A DNA stretch of 63,140 nt, counting the filler, from Craspedostauros australis (lineage: Eukaryota): the NCBI GenBank assembly GCA_030167865.1. It is 14 parts of 14 records of this genome, joined end to end, with 100 filler letters (N's around TTAATTAATTAA, not from the genome) between each part and the next. Parts side by side here need not be neighbours in the genome. Positions count along the whole stretch, not along the records: positions 5,743 to 12,838 come from JALAGF010002268.1; positions 12,939 to 13,981 come from JALAGF010002269.1; positions 14,082 to 36,777 come from JALAGF010002270.1; 11 more parts are not named here. One strand, 5' to 3'. The position numbers and the translations under genes are program-made. Shown here piece after piece: positions 9,901-19,687 of this stretch. Numbering within the stretch: the first letter of the stretch is position 1; each line of letters begins with the position of its first letter. Under the pieces are notes generated by a model. It had not been told where the DNA came from, ran no database searches, and saw only the letters and a list, made by a program, of their open reading frames with translations.

Positions 9901-12756
9901 GTTTCGAATGCCTCCTCGCACCCACTTCGTGGCATGGCTTGTGGTATGCCCGTCGTCCCCTTCATCATTAACGCCGCTGGTGTTTCCTCCTCTGTTGCAT
10001 ACCTCCATGTACCATCCTCATTCCATTTGAAGTCGATGGCCCACCACATGCATTTCTCCACCACTAATGCTCCGCCTGTCGCTCTTGCCAAGCTCTCCCA
10101 CGACTGTATGCTTCGTTGCATTCGCCGGATTGCCTGCTGGACGTCTTCGCCATCCCTCGCGTTCACCACCAGATCTGTATCGTCCACGAATGCATACCCC
10201 ACCATCTGCACCTCTTCGCCACTTACAGCCGTTCGGAAGTTCGCCGTGTGCCCTTCTCGTTTCATGGTCTCCAGCACTGGCAATGATATTACCGCCCAGA
10301 TCACTGGCCCCGCTCCGTTCCCTTGGTAAATGCCTTGCATTGGCACCACCCATCTCTGTCCTCCATACGTGAGCCGTGACTCCCCGTATGCAGTGCGGAT
10401 GTAGTGCTCAAGCTGTTGGAGCGTGCTGAACATGCACACCACTTCAGACTGCGCTATCCCCTGCCTTTGTAGCCCCATAGATGCCACTGTGTGTACTATG
10501 CGATCATAGCAACTCTTGAGGTCGTTCGTGCATAGCACTGTTGGGACCCTTACTTGCCTCGCCCAGTCCATTGTCAACTGTTTGTTCAATGCATGGTCGA
10601 TTGCTCGGTGTCGCTTTCTGCTACCGTACTGCTCTTCGGCGAACCCTTCCTGTTGCTCTGCTTGATGTGCTGCCTTCCTTCCTATTGCCTTGTTTGCGAA
10701 GTTGAAGTCGGCTTCGAAAAGCACGATTGTTCGTAGCTTGTCGACCCGAAAGCTGTTCGCCTTCTTCATCAATTCCACATCCGTGCCTTTTCGCCATCTT
10801 CGGTACGAATATCCGCTCACCATCGCCACAGAAGTCATACTTGCTTCGAATTCTGAGTTCTTCCGATGATACGCGATAGCTTTGAAATGGCCGAAGTGTA
10901 GGCCTGAAGGTCCTGCCGACGTATCTTCTTTCGCCCGCCGCCATCCTTGCTGGAATTCTTCTGTCGTCATTCCTGCTGGTATGCGCGTCTTTGCCACAGA
11001 TTGTAGTCCTCGTAGCAATTGCTTCGCCCCTTCATCGACCCATGGACGCGGTACATATTCTCCGCGGAGCGTTTGCTCTGCTGCCTCCGTCACTCCCAGG
11101 TACCCGAACTCTTTCGCCAGTTGCCCGTGCATAAACGGTGTATCCTCGGTCTGCCGGAATCTCCTTTTGTTCTCATCCATGCACCCTCGTTCGATTTCCT
11201 CTTTGCTCGTCCTTTCCACCCACTTCCCGTCTGCATCCGGCGCTATGACCATTGATATACCTGCGGTTGCATTGCCGCCGGTAGCCATTCGAATGCGCCT
11301 ATACGTCGCTCGTACTCTTTCTTTCTTTCGTAGTTGCCGCAGTTGCTGTGCTGTCACTTCGCCTCTGTCCACCGTCCTTCTTCCTCTGCTATCCTGTCCT
11401 TGCTGCTCTTCCCTGCGTCGCACTTCCTCCTGACCTCGCGCTACCACTAGTCCTTCCAGCCAATTCTCTCTTGCTTTCACTGCCCTTGTTCTGAACTGTT
11501 TTAGTTCCGTGTACGCCATCTCTTGCTCCTTCTCTACTTCCTCATTGCCACATCTCATCAACTCCTTCATCTTCCTGGGTTCGCCAGCTCTTTTGGCCAA
11601 CCTCACCGTGACTTTCGACGAAATATTCGCCCCTTTTCTCTTTCGAACAACGTTATTCCACAGCCCTATCCTCGCCTCTATCCTTTTGTACTCTCTTGAA
11701 TATGGTATTCCCCCCATTCGTAACCTCCGGCACTTCTCATCTGCCTTCCATATTCCTTCCACCCGTATCTTGTCAAGCTCTTCTGCCTCCTGCTCCATTT
11801 CCCGCGTCCATTTTTCTTTGGCTTCTCTCTCTAGTCTGAATGCCCTTGGCCTTGCTTTGTGTTGCTTCAGATGGGCCTCATACGCATCGTTAAATTTCTG
11901 CACTATCCGTGGGTCTTCGGTTTTCACTCGTCTTGTCACCGCTTTGCGCAGTGCCGGCATCGATTGCCCAAGCACCTCCACCATGTTAATGTCGATCCAC
12001 AGACAACGGTGGTCGGCCTGCCGCAGTTGTATGCCTTCGTCCCACTCGCTTGCTCCTGCTCCTTCGATCTTGACTCCTGCTGTTGCGAATATGCCGTCAA
12101 TAGGGACTTTGCCTAACCTGTGCGTCGGTAGTCGGCTCACCTCATCTCCGGCCCATTCCATCGTATTGTGTAGTCCTGTTGCCTCTCTGAATGCTTGCAT
12201 CGTTGTGGAGTCGGTGTCCTCGTTACAATCCATTGCCACTATGACGTGGTCCCCTTCCGACCTCCAAGTCTGGATTGCCCTTTGCAAATCTTCTATCATT
12301 GCTGCCCTGGGTTCCCTGTCTTTCTTTTTCTCATTGAAGTAACGTCGTTGTTGTGCATGTGTATTGAGGAACCCTTTGCTCCGCGGTCGGCACGGTCTGT
12401 ATGCTATTGCGATGCGAAGTGTCTGTTGGTTGGCTCCGCGATACCTTTGCCATACCCATCGCCCTAGTTTGGTTGGGTCTTCTCCTTGGCCCATGATTCG
12501 AATTGCTGCCTGGAATCTGCTGATCACTGCCACTCCTCCCCATTGCTTACTTTCTGTGGTTTCGCTCGTCTGGTTGTTCGCCGTTCTCGCCACTGCCGTT
12601 CCTGTTGGCCACCATTCTTGTATTCGCCCTTTCAGTGTGTGTTCCGCCGCTGTTGTCCTCCAGTCCACGTTCACCTCTGTAATCCCGAACACATCGAATT
12701 CTCCTTCGTTCATCCATCTCTTCAGTCCTTCATCTACTGCTCCTGGTCGTCGTCCT
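6990..12756 (-). mobile_element. Non-LTR retrotransposon (Ambal-like), 5'-truncated inside the APE domain, with 3' UTR and (TTA)6 tail
   Basis: One 1832-aa ORF, a ~200-nt 3' UTR, a small hairpin at 7021-7034, and (TAA)6 on the + strand at 6990-7007. The clade assignment rests on domain architecture only. Confidence 0.9.
7215..12713 (-). CDS. ORF2 polyprotein: AP endonuclease, reverse transcriptase, RNase H, CCHC zinc knuckle
   Basis: APE: GITEVN, MDCNE, PIDGIF, ADHRCLW. RT: KLRTIVL, QYGSRK, DLKSCYDRI, GIYQGNGAGP, FVDDTD. RNase H: STDGSYK, YRAELGG, CDN, HVYGHQ, WNDDVD. Zinc knuckle: CPVCGEHEETTEHVMQC. Confidence 0.95.
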   Translation of the reverse strand: MNEGEFDVFGITEVNVDWRTTAAEHTLKGRIQEWWPTGTAVARTANNQTSETTESKQWGGVAVISRFQAAIRIMGQGEDPTKLGRWVWQRYRGANQQTLRIAIAYRPCRPRSKGFLNTHAQQRRYFNEKKKDREPRAAMIEDLQRAIQTWRSEGDHVIVAMDCNEDTDSTTMQAFREATGLHNTMEWAGDEVSRLPTHRLGKVPIDGIFATAGVKIEGAGASEWDEGIQLRQADHRCLWIDINMVEVLGQSMPALRKAVTRRVKTEDPRIVQKFNDAYEAHLKQHKARPRAFRLEREAKEKWTREMEQEAEELDKIRVEGIWKADEKCRRLRMGGIPYSREYKRIEARIGLWNNVVRKRKGANISSKVTVRLAKRAGEPRKMKELMRCGNEEVEKEQEMAYTELKQFRTRAVKARENWLEGLVVARGQEEVRRREEQQGQDSRGRRTVDRGEVTAQQLRQLRKKERVRATYRRIRMATGGNATAGISMVIAPDADGKWVERTSKEEIERGCMDENKRRFRQTEDTPFMHGQLAKEFGYLGVTEAAEQTLRGEYVPRPWVDEGAKQLLRGLQSVAKTRIPAGMTTEEFQQGWRRAKEDTSAGPSGLHFGHFKAIAYHRKNSEFEASMTSVAMVSGYSYRRWRKGTDVELMKKANSFRVDKLRTIVLFEADFNFANKAIGRKAAHQAEQQEGFAEEQYGSRKRHRAIDHALNKQLTMDWARQVRVPTVLCTNDLKSCYDRIVHTVASMGLQRQGIAQSEVVCMFSTLQQLEHYIRTAYGESRLTYGGQRWVVPMQGIYQGNGAGPVIWAVISLPVLETMKREGHTANFRTAVSGEEVQMVGYAFVDDTDLVVNARDGEDVQQAIRRMQRSIQSWESLARATGGALVVEKCMWWAIDFKWNEDGTWRYATEEETPAALMMKGTTGIPQAMPRSGCEEAFETLGVKLAPDGNGAAIEEALQGKAEKWVEQVRTWRMRQADAETALRTVLMKKLEYVLPVAQLSRDQCGGIMKPVWKAMMSKVGFNKGFPREMAYASAGWLGADLHELHTTQVTEHVKMVLEHGERMTMTGKLLRGCIQAMKTEVGVGTSMFEVDYKAWEILATQSWVKTVWQEASEYGIRIREKTETAAPAHDEDEWLMVAFRDAGYNRAQQVRLNRCRIIMKAVSVADVIEAKSKRAMAGRQDNDKGRWRGRRHVGWPRQGDVPAKDWALWDQALRRVAATARTGTMWDVEQVSTIRSEDKQVLWVREGGHEWRLWRANDEAIPGMEEYTRTECTAVLPPEEWRVVYVRERGGRLRVVGTGGRARRSQAKRATRLQQLEGKWLQAVMQGKAVVSTDGSYKQGRSTAAYSLDVKGRRRGLVAAAGKVPGREGVQSAYRAELGGILQALRKVESIIESFGAAQAVTGKMVIVACDNKMAGIHAIQYTRDVGIAVQHFDVLREIRSIQRRLPVTLEYRHVYGHQLERDRGVQRDEFAEWNDDVDKAAGAAHFPEAEYADEEGAKGEWAVWLGNRKVCTNASSLIRQFIQGQKTAQWQRKVGRLRHGEERRIDVGAAQLAMGRLQPSRRKWVAKHACSFGPVGRNMYKWKFWDNDKCPVCGEHEETTEHVMQCAHPLAVAVRREALKEWESEMMAARGDGPMVKELVRQVWAWTEGNEVGAEGGPRLQKAVADQKDIGWGMMIRGRWSTKWRRIQESTMVANDQPGNPDNWIARAMVGLWEARWKVWTARNKVLHDDEMAAQRARALQEATVAVQVEWRKGVQGICGDDVRLLTHTTEAAVRAQPAERQMQWVRHVRAAQQAGRRRGKGHHVRRQTKRTTRGLRQDVTGRRVRQRRLPP

Positions 12757-12838
12757 TGTCGAGATGTACATGTGAGTATATGTCAAGATGTACGTGTATA
12801 TGTGCATCGTTCACCCGTTATTCTCTCATACGCACTTG
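12757..12838 (-). repeat. 82-bp inverted repeat, right copy, abutting the truncated LINE 5' end
   Basis: Reverse complement of 5745-5826 with one mismatch. Confidence 0.95.
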
Positions 12839-13912
12839 NNNNNNNNNNNNNNNNNNNNNNNNNNNNNNNNNNNNNNNNNNNNTTAATTAATTAANNNNNN
12901 NNNNNNNNNNNNNNNNNNNNNNNNNNNNNNNNNNNNNNAATTACGTCTTCTCACGATGTTGCTAGTAGTACGATCACACGATTGATCGTATTCACTTGAG
13001 AAGGTCATGGCAAGATTCGCACATGTCGCACCCAAGATCCAAGTCTGTCCTGATTGGGCAGATTGGTTCATCTTGGCAAGAAATCAATTTCCGCGACATT
13101 TTGGAACTGTGTTTGACGGGAAAACGATTCCTGCGACGCGAAATGCGACACAAATTNGACACAACGGATTTTCGACCAAAATTTCCGTTCGGAACGGAAA
13201 AGGTAAGAAAAGTGGATATTTCTGATTGGTCGACGGGTGTCGCTATTGTTAGAGATTTAGCGTGCGCTAATAACTACTCCAGACGGACCAAGAGACCATC
13301 GATGTGAGGAGGCAAGCAACTACGCCGTCGTGCCAGCGTTGTGCTCAAGCGTTCCGGGGTTAGTACCATGTGCCAGACGCAAGAGCACGCGAAGTGCTAC
13401 TGGACAGCTCAAGCCGTCAGTGTGCAGAAGTGGCATCGCAATGGCAAGCACCACAGAGGCTTCTCTGGACGCACAGCTGCGAGATGTGGACAACAATGCA
13501 GCTTGAAGCAGACCAAGCGAGTATGCTAGGACTACGTACGACGAAGACGATAGCAGGAAACGAGAATCTGCATGTTGCTTGGTCACTAAAGGAGTTGTTG
13601 AACCACCCACCTGAATTGGCCTTTCACAGAAAACGCAAACATTGCTCAATCGGATGGAAGATAATACTTGAAAAAGTTCAATCTATTGGTTGTCCCCTTT
13701 GTTTGCGGATCCCATTGGTCTTGTTCGCGAGCTAGCTTAGTTAGATTCAACCAAGGAAACATGCACCTGGGACACTCGGCAGAAAGTCGGGAGTTGCTAC
13801 AACCGGAAACGTGTTAAGAAAAATAATATCATGATATTAATAATTGGTCATACATCATTGCCGCGTATTGCGTCAATTACTCCCTTGAGAGAACCTGGAG
13901 TCGTAACAGATA

Positions 13913-13981
13913 AACTCCCGACATTCCCGACAAAGCTCCCGACATTCCCGACAAAGCACCCGACATTCCCGACAAGACACC
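13913..13981. repeat. 21-bp tandem repeat (CCCGACATTCCCGACAAAGC., about 3 copies) at the contig end
   Basis: Read directly. An inverted copy of the motif (GTCGGGAGTT) lies at ~13787. Confidence 0.85.
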
Positions 13982-14551
13982 NNNNNNNNNNNNNNNNNNN
14001 NNNNNNNNNNNNNNNNNNNNNNNNNTTAATTAATTAANNNNNNNNNNNNNNNNNNNNNNNNNNNNNNNNNNNNNNNNNNNNCACGTTCTTTAGGCACTGG
14101 GACAACGTTTCCGGTGCACTCGTGCCGGTGTGGTCTGCTGCTAGGCTTGAGGCCTAGTTTTACATAATACATTTAATCGAGTTGTTCCGGTCACTGGGTT
14201 TTCCACCCAGCGACCGTGGGGGGGTGTCATAGTCTGGCCGACGTCAGTCTGGCACAGCTGTGTCTGCCTTCTCCACAACAGCAGAACAACCTCATAAATT
14301 CTCTGTTTCTCCATCTGACACAGACTCTCACACATGGGACGACCTCATCTTTGTTGCGATGGCCGTGTTTCTTGACGCTCGTCATTCTGCATCGTGGGTG
14401 ATGTCAACCCTTTCGGTTTGGGCAGGCATCGAACGGCAATCCCCCTCCCATACGATCCACGCCACCATGATGCAAACCGAGATCATCGAGAGTGCTGGAG
14501 AGAAATTCCCCACACCATACAATCCTGGCAAAGAAGACCAGACCCGTTGAG

Positions 14552-15502
14552 ATGAAGCCACCAGCCCCTCCCAAGATGGTGACGCCACGACTGACTGGCG
14601 CATCAACGACGACTCTCCGCGTCGTGGACATTGGCGTGAACCTCACGAACCGGGCCTTCCGTTCTCACTGGAAGGAGGTCGTGCAGCGATCCATCGATGC
14701 GGGCGTGGATACGCTCATTCTCACTGGCACCGACCTCCAGCAATCTCAGCAATGCCTCTCGATGTGTCAAGAATGGCTCGATGATATGGTGCAGCGCACG
14801 AGCAGCGATCAGCCCGTAGCTGACGACGATGCAGCCCAGCAATCGCCATCGATAGTGGCGCCCGCGAGGACCAACCTCTACTGCACCATCGGAGTTCATC
14901 CGCACGATGCCAAGACATGGAGCGAAGGTGATGATTGCGATGCGGGTACCAAACTCAAAGAACTGCTGCAGCATCCGCTTGCTGTGGCCGTCGGCGAATG
15001 CGGATTGGATTACAATCGGAACTATTCGTCACCGCAACAGCAGCAATTGGCCTTCCGCAGGCAGCTGGAGATTGCGTGCGAGATGAACATGCCGGTCTTC
15101 GTCCATGAACGCGAAGCATTCGATGACACGATCCGGATGATGGATGAAGTGCAAACTCGTCATGCGGCATTGCCGCCCGTCGTCGTTCATTGCTTCACCG
15201 GCACGGAAGCGGAGGCGCAGGCATACGTTGATCGGGGATATTATGTTGGCTTCACTGGGACGATCTGCAAGGCGCAGCGCGGTGCGCCGCTGCGAGAATT
15301 CCTGCCGAGGCTTCCGCTGGACAAGATCATGTTGGAAACGGACGCTCCTTTCATGGGGTTCAAGAAGGGACGCAAGCGCAGCGAGCCTGCCGATTGCCTC
15401 GACGTGGCGAGACGTCTCGCCGAAGTCCTTGATGTCTCGGTGGAGGACGTTTGCGCAGCTACAACACGAACAGCGTTGGGATTCTTTCGGTTACCAAATT
15501 AG
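14552..15502 (+). CDS. tatD: TatD-family DNase
   Basis: VDIGVNL, TIGVHPH, VGECGLDY, FVHERE, VVHCFTG, LETDAPF. Start placed at the first ATG in the open frame. Confidence 0.93.
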   Translation: MKPPAPPKMVTPRLTGASTTTLRVVDIGVNLTNRAFRSHWKEVVQRSIDAGVDTLILTGTDLQQSQQCLSMCQEWLDDMVQRTSSDQPVADDDAAQQSPSIVAPARTNLYCTIGVHPHDAKTWSEGDDCDAGTKLKELLQHPLAVAVGECGLDYNRNYSSPQQQQLAFRRQLEIACEMNMPVFVHEREAFDDTIRMMDEVQTRHAALPPVVVHCFTGTEAEAQAYVDRGYYVGFTGTICKAQRGAPLREFLPRLPLDKIMLETDAPFMGFKKGRKRSEPADCLDVARRLAEVLDVSVEDVCAATTRTALGFFRLPN

Positions 15503-15730
15503 AGAATACTAACATGTTCGCAAATGTTGCCCATATGCATGCATTCGTATGGTAGCTTTGCGATTGCAGCTGCGTTTGACTGCTGCGCCGCCACTGCTAC
15601 GACTGACAGGATTGCTTTGTTTGTTCGCAAACGTGTCGTTCTCATGTGTCCCATAGCATGCGAGGAGAGTTGAGTCCAACAGAGTACCGCTATATTCTCT
15701 GCCACTTCCGTAGTCGTGCTCAGGCACAAG

Positions 15731-16873
15731 TCACCAGCCGGTCAAGTTGACTGGATCGGCACCATGATCCAAATTCCACATGTGCACGAAGCAAGATTCA
15801 TTGAACTTCTTTTTGGGGATGCCGTTGAAATGGACCATGCCCATGGCCTTGTACTGACCGCCCTTGTCCGAAACGACGGCGCGGGAGACGTAGACAGTGC
15901 TATTGTACTTGCCTCCAACCACCGTGACGCTTCTGCCGTCCAAACCGACGTAATGCCCCGCCTGCACTCTCCCGTACTTCTTGACGTTGTGCGTCCGCAT
16001 GAAGTGCTTGAATGCCATCTTGAGAGCGCCAGGTCCCGTCACTTGCGGCACGTTCTGCCGCCCCACGTGCTCGACGTCCAGGATGCGATGCAACGCATTC
16101 TGCACGGCCAAGTACATGACGGGATGCTTCGGTGACGCCGCCATGAAGTACTGGCTCAGCACGCCCAGGTGTTCCACGACGAAGAAGGCATCGTCATCCT
16201 GCGCAATCAATGTCGAATTCCACAGCCGCCCGGGCGCGTTGTCAATGTCGGTGTAGATTCCGCCGTACTCCCACAGCACCAAATACCGCCACAGGTCGGC
16301 CGTCGCGGCACCGGATCGCAAGCATTTGCGGACCAATGACAGATGGGGGAAGTCGTCCCAATGTCTCTGCAGCAGCCGTTCGACGGCTTCGTCGTCATGG
16401 AAGAAGAAGGCGTGATCATCGAACATCCATTTCTGCATGTTGCCGGCAAACGCCTGCGTCGTGCACCGCGATTTGGAGGTCATGTGCACAATCTTTGGGA
16501 TGCGTCGTTTTTGCGGTTGTTGAAGTTCCGGACGTCCTGGCTGCTGCTGCGTTGCTGTTTCTGCATTGGATGGATCTCGGTTCTGGATCCATCGTGATGG
16601 TGCCTGGCAGTTGGCCTCTATGCCATGGCTTGACGGTGTGGACGCTGTGAGATCCGATAAGGACAGCGAAGATTGCGCATCGCCGTGGTGAGCCGAGGCC
16701 GCCGTTGGTTGATCGGCGCCATCGAGATGATCTGGGAACAACCCCGCTTGGATGGTGCTGAGCTCGATCTGTTGGCTGTAGAAGTTCTTGGTGAGCAACG
16801 CGCAGATGATGATGGAAAACAGTATATCCTTGAGGAAAGAGCGTCTCGTTTTGGTTCCACTGTTGCTGGTCAT
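15731..16873 (-). CDS. Glycosyltransferase family 32 (DXD sugar-binding; OCH1/SUR1-like), type II membrane protein
   Basis: N-terminal TM segment; IPKIVHMT; ADLWRYLVLWEYGGIYTDID. Confidence 0.88.
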   Translation of the reverse strand: MTSNSGTKTRRSFLKDILFSIIICALLTKNFYSQQIELSTIQAGLFPDHLDGADQPTAASAHHGDAQSSLSLSDLTASTPSSHGIEANCQAPSRWIQNRDPSNAETATQQQPGRPELQQPQKRRIPKIVHMTSKSRCTTQAFAGNMQKWMFDDHAFFFHDDEAVERLLQRHWDDFPHLSLVRKCLRSGAATADLWRYLVLWEYGGIYTDIDNAPGRLWNSTLIAQDDDAFFVVEHLGVLSQYFMAASPKHPVMYLAVQNALHRILDVEHVGRQNVPQVTGPGALKMAFKHFMRTHNVKKYGRVQAGHYVGLDGRSVTVVGGKYNSTVYVSRAVVSDKGGQYKAMGMVHFNGIPKKKFNESCFVHMWNLDHGADPVNLTGW

Positions 16874-17584
16874 TGCTGTTTGCGCAAGAGCAGCAAGGGA
16901 GGCATCTCCATCACTTCGCCTGTGTCAGTGTTATTTGTCAGCGTGTCTGCATGTACGTGCGTACTATACGTGTTTACTATACGTGTGTCCAATACATGTG
17001 TAGTAGTATGTGTGCGTGGTTGTCCTTGGCTGTGGGCTGGGCTGCCTTGCGTTGACGGAAGTGGAGCTGATTGTTTGTGGAGGTCTGCGATGGCCAGAGC
17101 GTTGCCGTGTCCTTGTTCCTGCTTTCTCGATCTGGCCAGTGTTCCTCCGTCGCATGGGATGGTTGAGGTCACAACAATCAATGACCAACACTGCGCTCAC
17201 ATCTTTCCCACGATTTCCGATGACACAGCATGTATTCTATTATTATACACCAAGGTTGCCCACATGACCAGTCAATCCAAACGCAATGCCTGCCTAGATT
17301 CCACCAACACAGACAGACAGAGACAGAGTGCAGGTGTGAACATGGGTATGCGTAAAGATGAAGGGAGGTGTACTATATATAATAGCTTTGAATTGCTTCT
17401 CTAGCTCGTACAGAGTCGTACTTGGGCGCAAGGAAATCCCAAGGAAAAGATTGCTTTCAGCTGCACTGCCGAGAGTGCCAGAGGGTATGTGGAAATCGCG
17501 CGCATACTCATACAATACGATACGCCATGAGTGGATAAAATCTACCGTGCGCACGAAGAAGTGGTATGAAACGACACCGAGACT

Positions 17585-19010
17585 TCAGCCATGCGCCTTC
17601 TGGACCTTGGAGGTGAATGCTGGCACACCAATCGGGATTGCTCGTTGCGCGAGCGCATGTCGTATCCACTGTGGTATCGCGATGAACAGGATGCAACCGA
17701 ACTTGGCATCCGTGCCCACCAAGAGCTGCGCCGGTGGATGCTCCATCGCCACTGTACGCGCAATGTCCTCCGCGAGGACTGCGACATCCCATTGGCCTTT
17801 CGTCGAAATCGTATGCGCGCGGAGGTTCCATTTGTCAAAGAACGATCTGCCGTACTGTTCCTGTTTCTCTTTTGTGAGCGGATCCCAGATAACAGAGCGC
17901 AGATGATCGATGGTGTTGTTTGTTATCAACGGCGTGGTGTGGAAGGTTGGATTCACCGTGACGACTTGGACGTTGAACCATTGCATTTCGTACCGCAGGG
18001 CATCGCAGAAGGCGTGTGCCGCATGCTTCGAGACCTCGTACGCAGGCGCAAATGCACACGGGCTGGGAACCATCCCAGCCATGGAAACCACGTTCAAGAT
18101 CTGTGATCGTTTGTAGCCTTTCTCAGCAACTTGCTTCTTCAGCAATGGGGTGAAGGCCTTGCAGGTGCGTATCATTCCGTAGCAATTGACTGGAGACAGA
18201 AAGAGAAAGAACATGATGATGTGACATGGCGTGATTTGATGGAGCGGAGAAAAGGAAACGCAATGGAACAATGAGGACGAATGCAATGATTGTATGGTAC
18301 GAATGCACATGGTAGGAAAGTATTCATCCAAAATAGAACAAGCAGAGTCATTCCATCGCATTGAGAGCGCCGATGAGCCCCCCAAATGGCGCTCAACAAA
18401 CGCGAATGACGTACAGCGCTCGATGCAGAACGAAATACTCACCGTTCATGTTCATCTCGAATGTTTCGATACCGATCCAATCGATCAAGCCACCACGTCC
18501 AATGCCAGCATTGTTGATCAGCGCATGGAAGTATCGGGTCTTTCCATTGCCGTCCGACCCTGCGAGCCACTGGGTGACAGCCATTGCGGCATCATCGACC
18601 TGCGATTGCTTCGTGACGTCCATCAGCAGCGGCTTGGCGTTGCTGTCGAGGCGGTACTCCTTCATGGCTTCCTGCGTAAGGCACCCGCAAAAGACCACAA
18701 AGCCTTCCGACAGCAGATGCACCGCTGCTTCCTTGCCGATGCCGGAATCGCAGCCCGTGATCAGAATGGCGTACTCGGCGGTGTCTGCATCATCCTTCGG
18801 CTTCAATTGATTGGACGGTGCCGCGTACAGTTGGTACAGATCGTAAATGCCCTTGCACAGCACCACGACGCTGGCGAGGGGCAGGATGCAGGTGAGGATG
18901 AGAGTCCAAAAGAGCGTGTTGAGCACGATGGTCACCGGAGGATGATGCACGATGCGATTCAACTTCTGCTTCAATGGACCGGGGCGTTCAATCGCCTTGA
19001 GTTCAGCCAT
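17585..19010 (-). CDS. Short-chain dehydrogenase/reductase (RDH/17beta-HSD-like); exons 19010-18443 and 18189-17585
   Basis: ITGCDSGIG, LINNAGI, VVSMAG, YEVSK. An intron GTGAGT...CTCCAG restores MNMNVNCYG. Confidence 0.9.
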
Positions 19011-19687
19011 GGTGGATGGGATTGCGGTGGTCGTTTGTGGAAGGGTGTTGGTATGTGACGTGTGCTTCTCCTTCTGCCGGATGGTGTCTTTGCTATCAAA
19101 TTTGTTCTCTGGGGGCTCTCCACTGGGACTCTTGTTGTCTTACGAGTACAACAGGAACAGGAATGATTTTGTGCAGAAGTCCCGCGCTTTTGCGCATTGT
19201 ATTGGTTGTCAACAAGTCACAAGCAACAAACCGACGTGTTTGTTGTGTGCATTGCATTGCTACCGCTTTTCTCATCGAATGACCGCTCTGTGCAAACAAG
19301 ATTGTTCCATTTCCTTTTTGGCTTCGCGTAAGTATCTTTGTAAAGTTCTGCCACGTCACCATGATTGTTGCTTCCGATATGGATTGACTCAATAGACCCA
19401 AACTTGATCTGTGCATCACATATCAAGTCTGTCCATGCGCGCCGTCCCAATCACCAAACAAGACCAACGAAAAAATCGTGTTTTTCGCTGTTTGTTCTCT
19501 GTTGTTTCTGTTTTCCACGATGTCGCGACAACAACTTGGACGCTCCGTGCCTGTTGCTTCACTGTTGGCGCCACAAAATCGGCATCCTCAATCTACTTTG
19601 TGGAACAATACGTGCACTCGAGCACAATCCTTGAGCACAACCTATTCACTTGCATTATATTATACGCAGCAGTAGCATCTCAACACC

